The notes under the pieces were generated by a model that did no database searches, was not told where the DNA came from, and worked only from the letters and a program-made list of their open reading frames with translations. Position numbers and translations under genes: made by a program. A stretch of 60,134 nucleotides of DNA from assembly GCA_038211855.1 (NCBI GenBank), contig JBBQVE010000009.1, positions 1 through 60,134 on the forward strand. Direction: 5' to 3'. Positions 25,975-35,850 of this stretch are shown here, piece after piece. The DNA is from Candidatus Saccharimonadales bacterium (GTDB taxonomy: Bacteria > Patescibacteriota > Saccharimonadia > Saccharimonadales > SZUA-47). Positions within the stretch are counted from its first letter, which is position 1; every line of letters starts with the position of its first letter.

Positions 25975-28917
25975 ATGGCTACTAATCTTCGAAGCCCCAA
26001 AAGCACCCCGCCAGCACGGCGCCGACGTGTTCACGGTAACAAGTTCGTCACAAAATCAGGTGAGACTGTGAAGATTCACCGCACCCTAAGCGAAAAAAGC
26101 GTAGCCCGCCGCGAGGCTAAACTCGCTCGTAAAGCCTACCGCCTGCGCGGCTTACCAAAGTCACATGTAAAGCGGTTTTTCTGGCGACTGCAACCAAAGC
26201 GAGTCGCGAACTATTGGTTTAGCCGCGATGGACTCATCATGGGTCTTAAGATTGCAGGCGTGTGTATTGTTATTGGATTCTTTAGTATTATGGCCATCTT
26301 CGCTTATTTCCGTAAGGACCTACCTTCTCTCAAAGACATCTCCGGAAACAATAAGGGTGGTAGTGTCCGCTATTACGACAGTACCGGCAAATCTTTACTG
26401 TGGGAAGACTACGATGCAGTCAAGCGCATACCTGTTGAAGATAGCGCCATCTCGCAATATATGAAAGATGCTACCGTTGCTGTTGAGGATCGCGATTTCT
26501 TTAATCATGGTGGGTTTGATACCAAAGGTATCATTCGTGCCGTCTATAGTAACGCTACCGGACACAGTACGCAGGGCGGCTCAACGATTACGCAGCAGCT
26601 CGTGAAGCTCACGACTCCTGGGTTTGATCAAGACCACTCCGTTACACGTAAAGTCAAAGAGTTAATTCTATCTGTCGAGACGGAACGAAGCTATTCCAAG
26701 AAAGAGATTTTAGCCGCCTACCTGAACGTTGCACCATATGGCGGCATTCAATATGGGGTTGAGGTTGCTTCGGAAACCTACTTTCATAAGCCCGCCAAAG
26801 ATCTGACACTTGCTGAGGCAGTCTTTTTGGCCGCCATCCCAAAATCGCCGTCTGTCTATTATAAATATAGTCCATTCTTCAATAAGTTTGAACTGATTGC
26901 CCGTAGTAACTACGTACTCGATATTATGTCTGACACTGGAAAAATCACGAAGCAACAGCGTGACGATGCCAAAAAAGTTGACGTCGTTGCCGAAGCCCAT
27001 CCTGCAACCAATAAGTACACCGGAATCGTTGCGCCATACTTTGTTCTTGCCGCAAAAGATCAACTGGAATCTAAGTTCACTGCTTCAACTTATAACAGGG
27101 GTGGCTGGAAGGTCATCACCACACTTGATCTTGGGTTGCAGCAGCAGGCCGAGAAACTCGTGTCTGACAACGTCAAGAGTGTCATGTTTAAGACTGCGGG
27201 CGTAGCCGACGAAGAGGCAACCGTACTAGAAGAGGTACAGACTGGCCAAATCAGAGCCCTTGTTGGTGGGGTCGACTTTTCGAACGAGGAGCACGGCCAA
27301 AACAACTATGCTTCGAGTTTCTCGATTTCGCCTGGTTCAAGCTTCAAGCCTTACGATTACGCGACTTTCATAGACAACAACCCAAATGTCGGCGCTGGCT
27401 CAGTCCTCTTTGATACACAGGGTGCTCTTCCTGGGTATCCGTGTACCGACAAAAGTCGACCCGGGCCAAACAACCATGCCCCCTGTCTGTTCGACTATGA
27501 CTTCAACTACCCGGGGCCGATTACGCTTCGTTATGCGCTCGGTGGTTCGCGTAACGTTCCAGCCGTTAAAGCCATGTTATCGGCGATACCTGGCGACACC
27601 AGTCCTGGCAAAGTGAACTCTATTAATAAAGTAATCTCGACTGCATCAGCCATGATGGATAATCCCAATATCGCTGGCAATGCCTATAATTGTTATTCAG
27701 ATGAGGCCAAAACCGCCACGACACAGTGTTACGGTGCTGCAGCAATTGGCGACGGTGCCTACTTACACCTCGATGACCACGTGAATGGCATCTCTACGCT
27801 TGCACGCCTTGGAACAGCTATTGAAAAGACATATATCATCAGCGTTACTGATAGCACTGGTAAAACAGTGCCGTGGAAGCCTTCCACACCTTCTACGCAG
27901 GTTTTAAAGCCGGAGACAGCTTATATAGTGAACAGTATGGCCTCCGATCCTAATGCCAGCTATTTGCCCGGCAGCTGTTCAGCAACCACCTGTACCAAAC
28001 TCAACATTCCTACTTTGTCATACGGTATCGGTTCAGGCTATAAGTTCCAACATAATAACGGCTGGTCGTTCGCCGTTAAGACCGGTACGACGAACTACGG
28101 CTTTGACGGCCTCATGGCCAGTTGGTCATCAAAGTATGCTGTTGTCAGCTGGGTCGGTAACCACCGTGACAACGTCGATATTCAAGCGCGCGGTGCTCAG
28201 ATGGAAACGCTGACTGAACCGCTTACTCGTGGTCTCATGGAAGCGGCACACGCCGGTAAAACACCCGTTGCCTGGGTACAACCAGCTGGTATAAAGACGC
28301 TCGCGGCTTATGTATTGCACAGCAAAATCTCCCGGAATGGTGAAATCGTACCGAGCCCTGCGACTGACCTCTTTCCTTCCACCTACACCAAATCAACCTC
28401 GACTGCGGTTGTGAGGCAGACCTTCGACAAAGTTTCAGGCAAAATAGCGACTGACTGCACGCCAGACCTCGCCAAAGAAGAGCACACCGACACCGCTGCA
28501 AGTCAATATTCAGTAGATATATTCGTAAATAGTGGCTCCGCTATTGGTGGGAATGGCGAAAAAGACGATATCCATAAATGCGAAGATGCGAAGCCGACAA
28601 TCGCCTTCCAGGTGACAACAACTAGTACCCCTGGAGTTTATACAATTAGCTCGACCGCTACGCAAGGTACAGCACCATTTAACAGCGAGAAATACCCGGG
28701 TACTGTTACGTTCACGATTGATGGTCAAGTAATCAGCGGCGGAGCAGAGTCAATTAGCGATAGTGGCACCGTGGCACCAATAACCTTTAAGTCGACATTC
28801 GATGGAACAAAGACGGTGACAGCAACTATTACTGACAGCGTACTCTATAGTGGTACAAGTACCAATGACGTCGTTTTTTTAAAATCAACCGACCCTACCC
28901 CTAGTCCAGCCCCCTAA
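25975..28917 (+). CDS. ponA: class A penicillin-binding protein (glycosyltransferase GT51 + transpeptidase) with long C-terminal extension
   Basis: 980 aa with a basic N-terminus and TM helix. GT51 motifs are EDRDFFNHGG and GGSTITQQLVK. Transpeptidase motifs are SPGSSFKP (SxxK) and KTGTT. The C-terminus has an Ig-like beta-rich region of about 200 aa. Confidence 0.9.
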   Translation: MATNLRSPKSTPPARRRRVHGNKFVTKSGETVKIHRTLSEKSVARREAKLARKAYRLRGLPKSHVKRFFWRLQPKRVANYWFSRDGLIMGLKIAGVCIVIGFFSIMAIFAYFRKDLPSLKDISGNNKGGSVRYYDSTGKSLLWEDYDAVKRIPVEDSAISQYMKDATVAVEDRDFFNHGGFDTKGIIRAVYSNATGHSTQGGSTITQQLVKLTTPGFDQDHSVTRKVKELILSVETERSYSKKEILAAYLNVAPYGGIQYGVEVASETYFHKPAKDLTLAEAVFLAAIPKSPSVYYKYSPFFNKFELIARSNYVLDIMSDTGKITKQQRDDAKKVDVVAEAHPATNKYTGIVAPYFVLAAKDQLESKFTASTYNRGGWKVITTLDLGLQQQAEKLVSDNVKSVMFKTAGVADEEATVLEEVQTGQIRALVGGVDFSNEEHGQNNYASSFSISPGSSFKPYDYATFIDNNPNVGAGSVLFDTQGALPGYPCTDKSRPGPNNHAPCLFDYDFNYPGPITLRYALGGSRNVPAVKAMLSAIPGDTSPGKVNSINKVISTASAMMDNPNIAGNAYNCYSDEAKTATTQCYGAAAIGDGAYLHLDDHVNGISTLARLGTAIEKTYIISVTDSTGKTVPWKPSTPSTQVLKPETAYIVNSMASDPNASYLPGSCSATTCTKLNIPTLSYGIGSGYKFQHNNGWSFAVKTGTTNYGFDGLMASWSSKYAVVSWVGNHRDNVDIQARGAQMETLTEPLTRGLMEAAHAGKTPVAWVQPAGIKTLAAYVLHSKISRNGEIVPSPATDLFPSTYTKSTSTAVVRQTFDKVSGKIATDCTPDLAKEEHTDTAASQYSVDIFVNSGSAIGGNGEKDDIHKCEDAKPTIAFQVTTTSTPGVYTISSTATQGTAPFNSEKYPGTVTFTIDGQVISGGAESISDSGTVAPITFKSTFDGTKTVTATITDSVLYSGTSTNDVVFLKSTDPTPSPAP

Positions 28918-28935
28918 GCACAATAGAAAATCAAA

Positions 28936-29661
28936 CTAATTCCGTTTTTTGACTGGCGTCCGACGAGCTGAAGCATCAGCTGATTTAAGATGTGCAAAAC
29001 ACATCTTGCCAGATACAGTCTGTAAGCTCCGTTCAATCACGACTGTTTGTGTGGTGCTCACCAGTTTTTCAGCTCCATACACTACGACCATGGCCCCATC
29101 CTCGAGATAACCAATTCCTTGTTTGGCGTTATCGCCAACCTGGATAATTTTGAGCTGCTTCTCTTCACCCGGCAGCACGTTTGTTCGCAACGCGAGCGAT
29201 AATCCGTTCAAATTCAACACATCAACGCCCTCTACGGCAGCCACTTTACCAAGGTTATAGTCGGTCGTACAGAGCCGCGCGTGCAGCGCTTTCGCCAAAT
29301 CGATGAGCAGATCGTCCGTCTTATCTATTCTTTTGATGCTGTCATCGACAATCACTTTATTAGATTGATCGGCTTGAAGCTTTTCGGCAATTTCAAGACC
29401 ATAACGTGCTCGAGAACGCTTATACATGTTCTTTCCGTCAGCCAACACCTGGAGCTCACGTAGGACAAATTTTGGTATGATAATCTCGCTACTAATGAAA
29501 CCGCTCGCGACCATGTCACCAATCCGTCCATCAATCAATGCGCAAGAGTCCAGAATAAGTCTACCGGAACGGACACGTGGCTTGTGAATCGTGGCATACA
29601 AGAGAAAGCCTATCGCGCAACTGTTAAAGATTGGTAATAGTTCGAATAATACATCGCTCAT
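28936..29661 (-). CDS. yacL: PIN/TRAM domain protein (YacL-like)
   Basis: 241 aa with an N-terminal TM segment, a PIN-like region LILDSCALIDGRI and a C-terminal TRAM-like domain. It follows radA with a 4-nt overlap, as in Bacillus. Confidence 0.8.
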   Translation of the reverse strand: MSDVLFELLPIFNSCAIGFLLYATIHKPRVRSGRLILDSCALIDGRIGDMVASGFISSEIIIPKFVLRELQVLADGKNMYKRSRARYGLEIAEKLQADQSNKVIVDDSIKRIDKTDDLLIDLAKALHARLCTTDYNLGKVAAVEGVDVLNLNGLSLALRTNVLPGEEKQLKIIQVGDNAKQGIGYLEDGAMVVVYGAEKLVSTTQTVVIERSLQTVSGKMCFAHLKSADASARRTPVKKRN

Positions 29662-31007
29662 GCGTCTTTCTCCAAATAAGTATTAAGTGCTTCACGTACG
29701 GAGCCAACGGCGAGTAAGCCAGGGGCATTTTGTCGCAACGATTTTGGACCGATCGCACCGCTGAAGCCAAGTTTTTTGGCCTCGGCCAATCGTTTTTCGG
29801 CAAAAGGCACATGACGTACTTCGCCTGACAAGCCAAGTTCACCGAAAACAACTGCATCTTTTTTGAGTTGCAGCCCTTTACTTGCGCTGGCGATTGCCAT
29901 GACGACGGCCAAATCTGCTGCCGGTTCAGTAATCTTTATACCACCGACGACGTTAATATAGACATCTTTGTCTGACAGATTGAGCTTAGTACGACGCTCT
30001 AACATAGCAATAAGCAAATTCATACGGTTCTGATCAAATCCACTAGCAGTCCGTTTAGGGTAGCCGTAGGAAGTGGTGTTGACGAGCGCTTGAATCTCTA
30101 CCAGTATAGCTCGGCTGCCTTCCATGGTCGCCAAAACTATAGAGCCATCAGATACCTGTCGTTCTGCTAGTAAGGCAGCCGAAGGATTGTCCACCGCCAC
30201 GAGTCCTTGCTCGGCCATTTCAAAGATGCCTGTTTCGCCGGTTGAACCAAAGCGGTTCTTGATACCCCTTAGCAGCTTAAACCCACCATAGCGGTCGCCT
30301 TCGAGCTGTAGGACGACGTCAACGGTGTGTTCTAATACCTTTGGTCCGGCAATCGAGCCTTCTTTGGTGACATGACCAACCAGAATCAGCGCACTATTGG
30401 CTTGCTTGGCGGCCGCAGTGAGTAACTGTGTACTGTTGGTAATCTGACTGACGGTGCCCGCCGCAGAGGCAACTTCGGCAGTCGAAACGGTTTGGATGGA
30501 GTCAACGACGACCAGATCATAGCCGCCCTCTGCGATCGTTGAGGCAATATCGTTGGCGCTGCTACTGACGGCTACTTCAAGGTTTTTGGAGGTAGTACCG
30601 AGACGAGCCGCTCGCAACCCTACCTGATGGGCTGATTCTTCGCCGCTGACATATAAAACTTTCCCTTTGGCAGCAACAGCCGCTGCAATTTGCAGCAATA
30701 TCGTGCTTTTGCCGATGCCTGGTTCACCGGCCAGCAGCGTCACGCTACCTGGTACAAAACCGCCACCCAAGACTGTATCGACATCTTTGAGGCCGGTTTC
30801 TATCCTTTTCACTGTGTCGTACTTCACGACATCCGAAAGGATCGCTGGCTGCAAACGATGACCTGATGCCCGAAGTGTCGCCTGCGGATCCGCAAGTTGT
30901 TCTTGCAGCGTGTTCCAGTTACCGCACTGTCCGCAGCGCCCACTATATGACGAATACGAGGCACCGCAGTCGCTGCACACAAATCTGACTGCATTTTTCT
31001 TGGCCAT
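29658..31007 (-). CDS. radA: DNA repair protein RadA/Sms
   Basis: 449 aa with an N-terminal C4 zinc finger (CSDCG...CGQCG), Walker A GEPGIGKST, KNRFG and a Lon-like C-terminal domain. Confidence 0.95.
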   Translation of the reverse strand: MAKKNAVRFVCSDCGASYSSYSGRCGQCGNWNTLQEQLADPQATLRASGHRLQPAILSDVVKYDTVKRIETGLKDVDTVLGGGFVPGSVTLLAGEPGIGKSTILLQIAAAVAAKGKVLYVSGEESAHQVGLRAARLGTTSKNLEVAVSSSANDIASTIAEGGYDLVVVDSIQTVSTAEVASAAGTVSQITNSTQLLTAAAKQANSALILVGHVTKEGSIAGPKVLEHTVDVVLQLEGDRYGGFKLLRGIKNRFGSTGETGIFEMAEQGLVAVDNPSAALLAERQVSDGSIVLATMEGSRAILVEIQALVNTTSYGYPKRTASGFDQNRMNLLIAMLERRTKLNLSDKDVYINVVGGIKITEPAADLAVVMAIASASKGLQLKKDAVVFGELGLSGEVRHVPFAEKRLAEAKKLGFSGAIGPKSLRQNAPGLLAVGSVREALNTYLEKDA

Positions 31008-31036
31008 ATATCAGTTGTACTCCCTGAAGCTCGTCA

Positions 31037-32002
31037 TTATTTGGAGGCCGGAACGGAGCTGTCAATCGCGTTGGTGAGCTCTTGCTCTTCTGTCACGACG
31101 CTGTTGCGTTTGTCTACAATCGTATTATACGTGGTGATGGCTGCTTTTAACCTTGAAACATTGGCATTATAGGCCAAAATCATGTGCTGATAGGCCGGAA
31201 TCGAAGAATTATAGGCTTCCACATTATGAGCGCCCAGATTGGCATCAAGATTGGCGCTACTGGCGTCAATCGCCTGGCCCTCGGTTTTTAGCAATACGTT
31301 AAGGCCATCGATGGTGGATTTGAGGCTCTTAAGCTGCGTGTCATACGTCAATATGGCAGTTTCACGATTCGTAAACTCTGCCTCGTATTGTTCAGAATAG
31401 GCGACGATTTTTTCACGATCGGTAAAGTATGTCTTGTAGTAGTTTTCGAGTTCTGGTGGCAGATTGCGAACTTCGGTACCGAGAATCGAATGAAGTTCGT
31501 TTGGGACGACGCTAGCATCGCGCGAACGGTAGGCATCGATGTTCGTTTTGACGCGCTCGTCTGCTAACTGCGCATAGGTTTGCTGCGTGAGTGCATCAAT
31601 ACGTAGCCGATCTTTGGTGCTCAGTCGTTCATAGGCAGCGTGAAGCATCTCATGAGCAGCTGTTACCTGTAATACGCCGTTTAAACGAGTATCGGCTACC
31701 TCGTACACAAAAATGCCAATGCCAGCTTTGTAGCAACCCAGAACAATCGTTTTTTCAATCGTTTTACAGCTGGCGTTAAAGGCACTTTTCGTTTGCAGCT
31801 CTGGATGAGCTACATAAAAAATCTTTCGTGAGTGCGCGTCCATCGTCGTATCTGTCGCAAGACCTGCAATCGTTCTTGGAACTACGTAGTTATGCAGCCG
31901 ATACCAGTCGTAGAGGTTCTGACGCTCCACATATGCTGCAAACGGTGCCGCAAACACGAGCAGCGTCAGTATAATGGAGGTTGTCTTACGAAATGCTGGC
32001 AT
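31037..32002 (-). CDS. membrane-anchored hypothetical protein with HExxH motif (putative metallopeptidase)
   Basis: 321 aa with an N-terminal TM helix and the motif AAHEMLHAAYE. The C-terminal half looks helical or coiled-coil. Confidence 0.45.
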   Translation of the reverse strand: MPAFRKTTSIILTLLVFAAPFAAYVERQNLYDWYRLHNYVVPRTIAGLATDTTMDAHSRKIFYVAHPELQTKSAFNASCKTIEKTIVLGCYKAGIGIFVYEVADTRLNGVLQVTAAHEMLHAAYERLSTKDRLRIDALTQQTYAQLADERVKTNIDAYRSRDASVVPNELHSILGTEVRNLPPELENYYKTYFTDREKIVAYSEQYEAEFTNRETAILTYDTQLKSLKSTIDGLNVLLKTEGQAIDASSANLDANLGAHNVEAYNSSIPAYQHMILAYNANVSRLKAAITTYNTIVDKRNSVVTEEQELTNAIDSSVPASK

Positions 32003-32027
32003 AAGCTTTATTTTACACGAGCCAGCA

Positions 32028-34502
32028 TCATGTTGCGTGCGTAAAACTAAGCTTATTGTTCTTTAGGCCGATTTTGACAACAGTGCCCTTCTTGTAGATC
32101 TCTTCAAGCAGACCGGAAGCAAGGACGTCTTCAATCTCGTCTTGAATGAGGCGACGGAGCGGACGGACACCATAATGCGAGTCATAGCCTTTTTCCATCA
32201 GCCATTCTTTGGCCTTTAAGGCTGGATCAATCGCAATTCCCTGCTTGACGAGTCTGTTACCGAGCTCATCGAGCTGCAGATCGAGGATGCGGAGCGCGTC
32301 TTTCTTGGTGAGAGCACGGAAAACGATAGTCTTATCAATGCGGTTCAGCAGTTCCGGGCGCATCATCTTTTTTAATTCATCATGCACTTTGCCTTTGTTG
32401 GCTTCATGTAAAACGTCTAGGCTGTCAATATCTGCCTTACTCGATGCGGAAAAGCCGAGGCCCGCCTCTTTCTGTAACTTCTCAGCACCAATGTTACTCG
32501 TCATGATAATGATTGTGTTCGTAAAGTCGATGGCGCGCCCCTTGGCATCTGTTAATGTGCCGTCTTCCAGTACCTGGAGCAGCATGTTAAAAACTTCAGG
32601 GTGAGCTTTTTCGATTTCGTCAAAAAGCACAACACTATAGGGTTGGCGGCGGATCTTATCCGTGAGCTGACCTCCGTCATCATAGCCTACATACCCAGCT
32701 GGTGCACCGACTAAACGACTCGCTGTGTGGCGTTCACTAAATTCGCTCATATCAATCTTGATGAGATTGTTGCTCGAACCAAAGAATTCACGGGCCAATA
32801 CCCGAGCCAGTTCGGTCTTGCCGACACCAGTTGGTCCCATAAAAATAAATGAACCAATCGGGCGCTGAGCACTGGATATACCACTGCGACTACGGCGAAC
32901 TGCCCGAGCGACTGCCGCGACGGCTTCATCTTGCCCAATGACGTGCTTAGCGATATTTTTCTCAAGGTTAAGTAGGTACTTTGCTTCACTATGAATCACT
33001 TTATTCACAGGAACGCCTGTGATACGAGATACAACAGCGGCGATATCCTCGCTGGTGACATGGATTCGACGTGCGGCTTTCTTGGTGGATTCCAGCTTGT
33101 CTAGATCAGCTTGGAGCTGGCTGGCATGTTGCTTTTCGCGGGCGGCTCGTTCGTAGTCTTCAGAATCAACCGCTTCTTCGATGCGAAGATTGGCGAGCTT
33201 CAGTTCTTTTTGGACATTACGGACTTCCGGCGGGGTCTTGCCTTTGTCAACTCGTAGATGAGCGGCAGTTTCGTCGAGCAGATCGATCGCCTTGTCGGGC
33301 ATAAAACGATCTTGGATATACCGACCTGCCAAGGCGACAGTATCTTGAAGGACCTCATCGCTAATGGTCACGGCATGAAAGTCTTCGTAATGCTTCTTGA
33401 TACCGCGTAGGATTGCTAACGTTTCGGCGGGTGTCGCCTCGGGTACTTGAATCGGCTGGAAACGGCGCTCCAAAGCAGCATCTTTTTCGATATGCTTGGT
33501 GTACTCGGCCGTCGTGGTGGCACCAATAACCTGAATCTTACCGCGTGCCAGCGCTGGTTTTAAAATGTTGCCGGCGTCCATTGCACCTTCAGCCGCACCC
33601 GCACCTACCAACAGATGTATTTCGTCAATAAAGATGATTGTCTTGCTGTCTTCTTCGAGCTCTTGCATCACTTTTTTGAGACGTTCCTCGAACTCACCAC
33701 GGTACTTTGTTCCGGCAATCATGCCTGCCAAATCAAGCGTCACAATGCGTTTATCAAGCATCGTATCGGGCACATCTTCAGATACGATGCGCTGGGCAAG
33801 ACCTTCGACGATGGCCGTCTTACCAACGCCTGGTTCGCCAATCAATACAGGGTTATTTTTGGTACGGCGGTTAAGGATTGTAATCGTGCGGCGAATCTGG
33901 GCTTCGCGGCCTACGACAGGATCGAGCTTATTCTGGCGCGCAAGCGCAGTTAAATCGATACCAAACTGATCGACGAAGCTCTTTTTGGGCTTACGTCGAG
34001 TCTTGGTCGTTACGCTTGTGCCATCCTGTTCTTCGTAACTCTGCTTGTTCAAAAGCTGTTCAAGTTCAACTGTTAAGCCATCAACATTGACATTCATGCT
34101 GCGCAACAGTACTGTGGCGCTGGCATTCTTCTGGCTCAAGATAGAATAAAGGATATGTTCGGTACCGCAGTATTCCTGGGCATATTCCTGGGCAATTTCC
34201 CAACTCATTTTGAGTGTCAATTTAGCAGCTTCGCTCAGGCCTTTGGCACCCATATTTACGCTGATGTTTTTTGGCGTCAGGTTCATCGCCAAGCGGGCCT
34301 TGTCGACCGTTACACCGTTGGTCTTCAACATTTTGGCGCCAAGTGAAGTATCTTGCGCTAGCACGCCCATTAAAAGATGTTCAGTACCAACGTAGGCACT
34401 GCCAGCAGAGCGAGCAATGGCATCAGCGTGCTTAAGACTGGCAAGCGCGTTGTCAGTAAGGTGATTCAAAAATTCTTGAAAGTTTTCGGCATCTGAGTTC
34501 AT
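32028..34502 (-). CDS. clpC: ATP-dependent Clp protease ATP-binding subunit ClpC
   Basis: Contains two Clp_N repeats, two AAA+ modules ([16 protein letters not shown]) and a UVR-like linker. I chose the ATG at 34502 ([11 protein letters not shown]...). The track's longer start at 34532 falls inside the CIRCE element. Confidence 0.93.
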   Translation of the reverse strand: MNSDAENFQEFLNHLTDNALASLKHADAIARSAGSAYVGTEHLLMGVLAQDTSLGAKMLKTNGVTVDKARLAMNLTPKNISVNMGAKGLSEAAKLTLKMSWEIAQEYAQEYCGTEHILYSILSQKNASATVLLRSMNVNVDGLTVELEQLLNKQSYEEQDGTSVTTKTRRKPKKSFVDQFGIDLTALARQNKLDPVVGREAQIRRTITILNRRTKNNPVLIGEPGVGKTAIVEGLAQRIVSEDVPDTMLDKRIVTLDLAGMIAGTKYRGEFEERLKKVMQELEEDSKTIIFIDEIHLLVGAGAAEGAMDAGNILKPALARGKIQVIGATTTAEYTKHIEKDAALERRFQPIQVPEATPAETLAILRGIKKHYEDFHAVTISDEVLQDTVALAGRYIQDRFMPDKAIDLLDETAAHLRVDKGKTPPEVRNVQKELKLANLRIEEAVDSEDYERAAREKQHASQLQADLDKLESTKKAARRIHVTSEDIAAVVSRITGVPVNKVIHSEAKYLLNLEKNIAKHVIGQDEAVAAVARAVRRSRSGISSAQRPIGSFIFMGPTGVGKTELARVLAREFFGSSNNLIKIDMSEFSERHTASRLVGAPAGYVGYDDGGQLTDKIRRQPYSVVLFDEIEKAHPEVFNMLLQVLEDGTLTDAKGRAIDFTNTIIIMTSNIGAEKLQKEAGLGFSASSKADIDSLDVLHEANKGKVHDELKKMMRPELLNRIDKTIVFRALTKKDALRILDLQLDELGNRLVKQGIAIDPALKAKEWLMEKGYDSHYGVRPLRRLIQDEIEDVLASGLLEEIYKKGTVVKIGLKNNKLSFTHAT

Positions 34503-34509
34503 ACTAAAG

Positions 34510-34539
34510 ATAATACTATAGCAAATTAGCACTCGTCAA
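34510..34539 (-). promoter_or_regulatory. candidate clpC promoter (TTGACG-18 nt-TATTAT), -10 box ends 7 nt before the ATG
   Basis: Minus strand reads TTGACGAGTGCTAATTTGCTATAGTATTATCTTTAGTATG. No Shine-Dalgarno. The geometry matches the clpP promoter. Confidence 0.4.
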
Positions 34540-34552
34540 GTGAGAGTGCCAA
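34526..34552. promoter_or_regulatory. CIRCE-type inverted repeat (HrcA operator-like) upstream of clpC
   Basis: TTAGCACTC-GTCAAGTGA-GAGTGCCAA, identical to the copy at 16864-16890. It lies between the nusA stop (34558) and the clpC start. Confidence 0.7.
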
Positions 34553-34557
34553 TATAT

Positions 34558-35712
34558 TTATTCGCCGTGTTCTTCGATTGCTTCGAGCAGAGAGTTTTCA
34601 AGGTCAGATTTACGCTTCAGTTTTGGCTTGGCGGAGAGTTCCACGATTTTTTCTTCAGCGCCTGCTTCAACTTTGGTGCCAGCATCTGGCTCAATGTCGA
34701 TTTCATAGCCAGTCAATTTACTGGCAAGGCGGACGTTCTGGCCACTTTTACCGATAGCAATACTAAGCTGGTCTTCTGGTACGTATACGGTCGCCTTAGT
34801 ACCCGTAATCACAACGCTACTCACTTTAGTTGGACTCAGCGCATTACTAATGTATGTCTCGGACTTTTCGTCCCACACAATAATGTCGATTTTCTCTTGC
34901 TCACCAATTTCGCTCATAACTGCATTGACACGGGTGCCATGACCGCCCACAAATGTACCGACAGGATCAACCCCCTGGATAGTACTAGCAACGGCGATTT
35001 TGCTGCGGACACCAGCTTCACGAGAAATGTTCTTGATTTCGACGGCGCCACTTTCCATCTCCGGAACTTCAGCGCGGAATAGCCATTCGACAAACTCTTT
35101 CGCACCACGGCTGACAATCATCTGCGGGCCACGAAAGCCTTTCTCTATGTCCTTCAAGTACACCTTGAGGCGCTGTCCTGGGTAATAGCGCTCACCCTGG
35201 ATCTGTTCGCTCATTGGCATGATTGCTTGAGCTTTACCTAGGTCGATGCGTACCAAACGAGCTTCAACACGCGCCACGATGCCGTTAATAACGCTACCAA
35301 TCTTGTTCTCATACTCATTCATCATGATTTCACGCTCAGCTTCACGCAGACGCTGTAAGACGACCTGCTTAGCTGTCTGAGCAGCTACACGACCGAAAGT
35401 ATCGACAGACTGAAAGATTTCTACCATATCACCAATAGTGGCGTCTTTTTTGAGCTTCTTCGCATCGGCAACAGTAATCTCAAAGCGGTCATCACCGACT
35501 TTCTCAACGACTTCTTTACTGATAAACGCATCAATTGCGCCGGTGTTTAGGTTAATACTGACGCGCACTTCTTGTTCGCGGTCGCCATAGTCGCGACGGT
35601 AAGCGGCAGCCAATGCTTGCTCAACAATTTCTTGCACAGCTTCTTCTGGTAAGCTCTTTTCTTCAGCAATCACTTTAATTGCGGCAGCGAGGCCTTTCAA
35701 ATCAAAATCCAT
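34558..35712 (-). CDS. nusA: transcription termination/antitermination factor NusA
   Basis: 384 aa with an N-terminal domain, S1 and two KH domains (e.g. GKSGQNVRLASKLTG). AAAAGGAG Shine-Dalgarno. Confidence 0.95.
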   Translation of the reverse strand: MDFDLKGLAAAIKVIAEEKSLPEEAVQEIVEQALAAAYRRDYGDREQEVRVSINLNTGAIDAFISKEVVEKVGDDRFEITVADAKKLKKDATIGDMVEIFQSVDTFGRVAAQTAKQVVLQRLREAEREIMMNEYENKIGSVINGIVARVEARLVRIDLGKAQAIMPMSEQIQGERYYPGQRLKVYLKDIEKGFRGPQMIVSRGAKEFVEWLFRAEVPEMESGAVEIKNISREAGVRSKIAVASTIQGVDPVGTFVGGHGTRVNAVMSEIGEQEKIDIIVWDEKSETYISNALSPTKVSSVVITGTKATVYVPEDQLSIAIGKSGQNVRLASKLTGYEIDIEPDAGTKVEAGAEEKIVELSAKPKLKRKSDLENSLLEAIEEHGE

Positions 35713-35730
35713 TTTTAACTCCTTTTTACG

Positions 35731-35754
35731 AAAAAATCCGACCTGTTGGCCGGA
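35731..35754 (-). promoter_or_regulatory. terminator-like hairpin plus T-tract in the nusA 5' leader (candidate attenuator)
   Basis: Minus strand reads TCCGGCCAACAGGTCGGA followed by TTTTTT. Pairs are TCCG/CGGA and CC/GG with one A-C mismatch and a 4-nt loop. It lies about 10 nt upstream of the nusA Shine-Dalgarno. No minus-strand gene upstream could use it as a terminator. Confidence 0.45.
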
Positions 35755-35850
35755 TGTAACACCTTTATATTACCACACGTGCTACAGAAATGTCTAAAAA
35801 ACATTGTTTAAGGCAGGCATCGCCGAGGGTTTTCGTATAAACTAGTGATA

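Noticed and set aside
34503-34532. N-terminal extensions suggested by the ORF track for clpC. The same applies to gatB (50512-50634), gatC (52618-52665), galU (49041-49094), hisS (19523-19549) and pepN (35845-35850).
   Set aside because: Homology starts at the internal ATG in each case. The extensions overlap upstream genes or the CIRCE operator. Several internal starts have better Shine-Dalgarno sites or coupling geometry.
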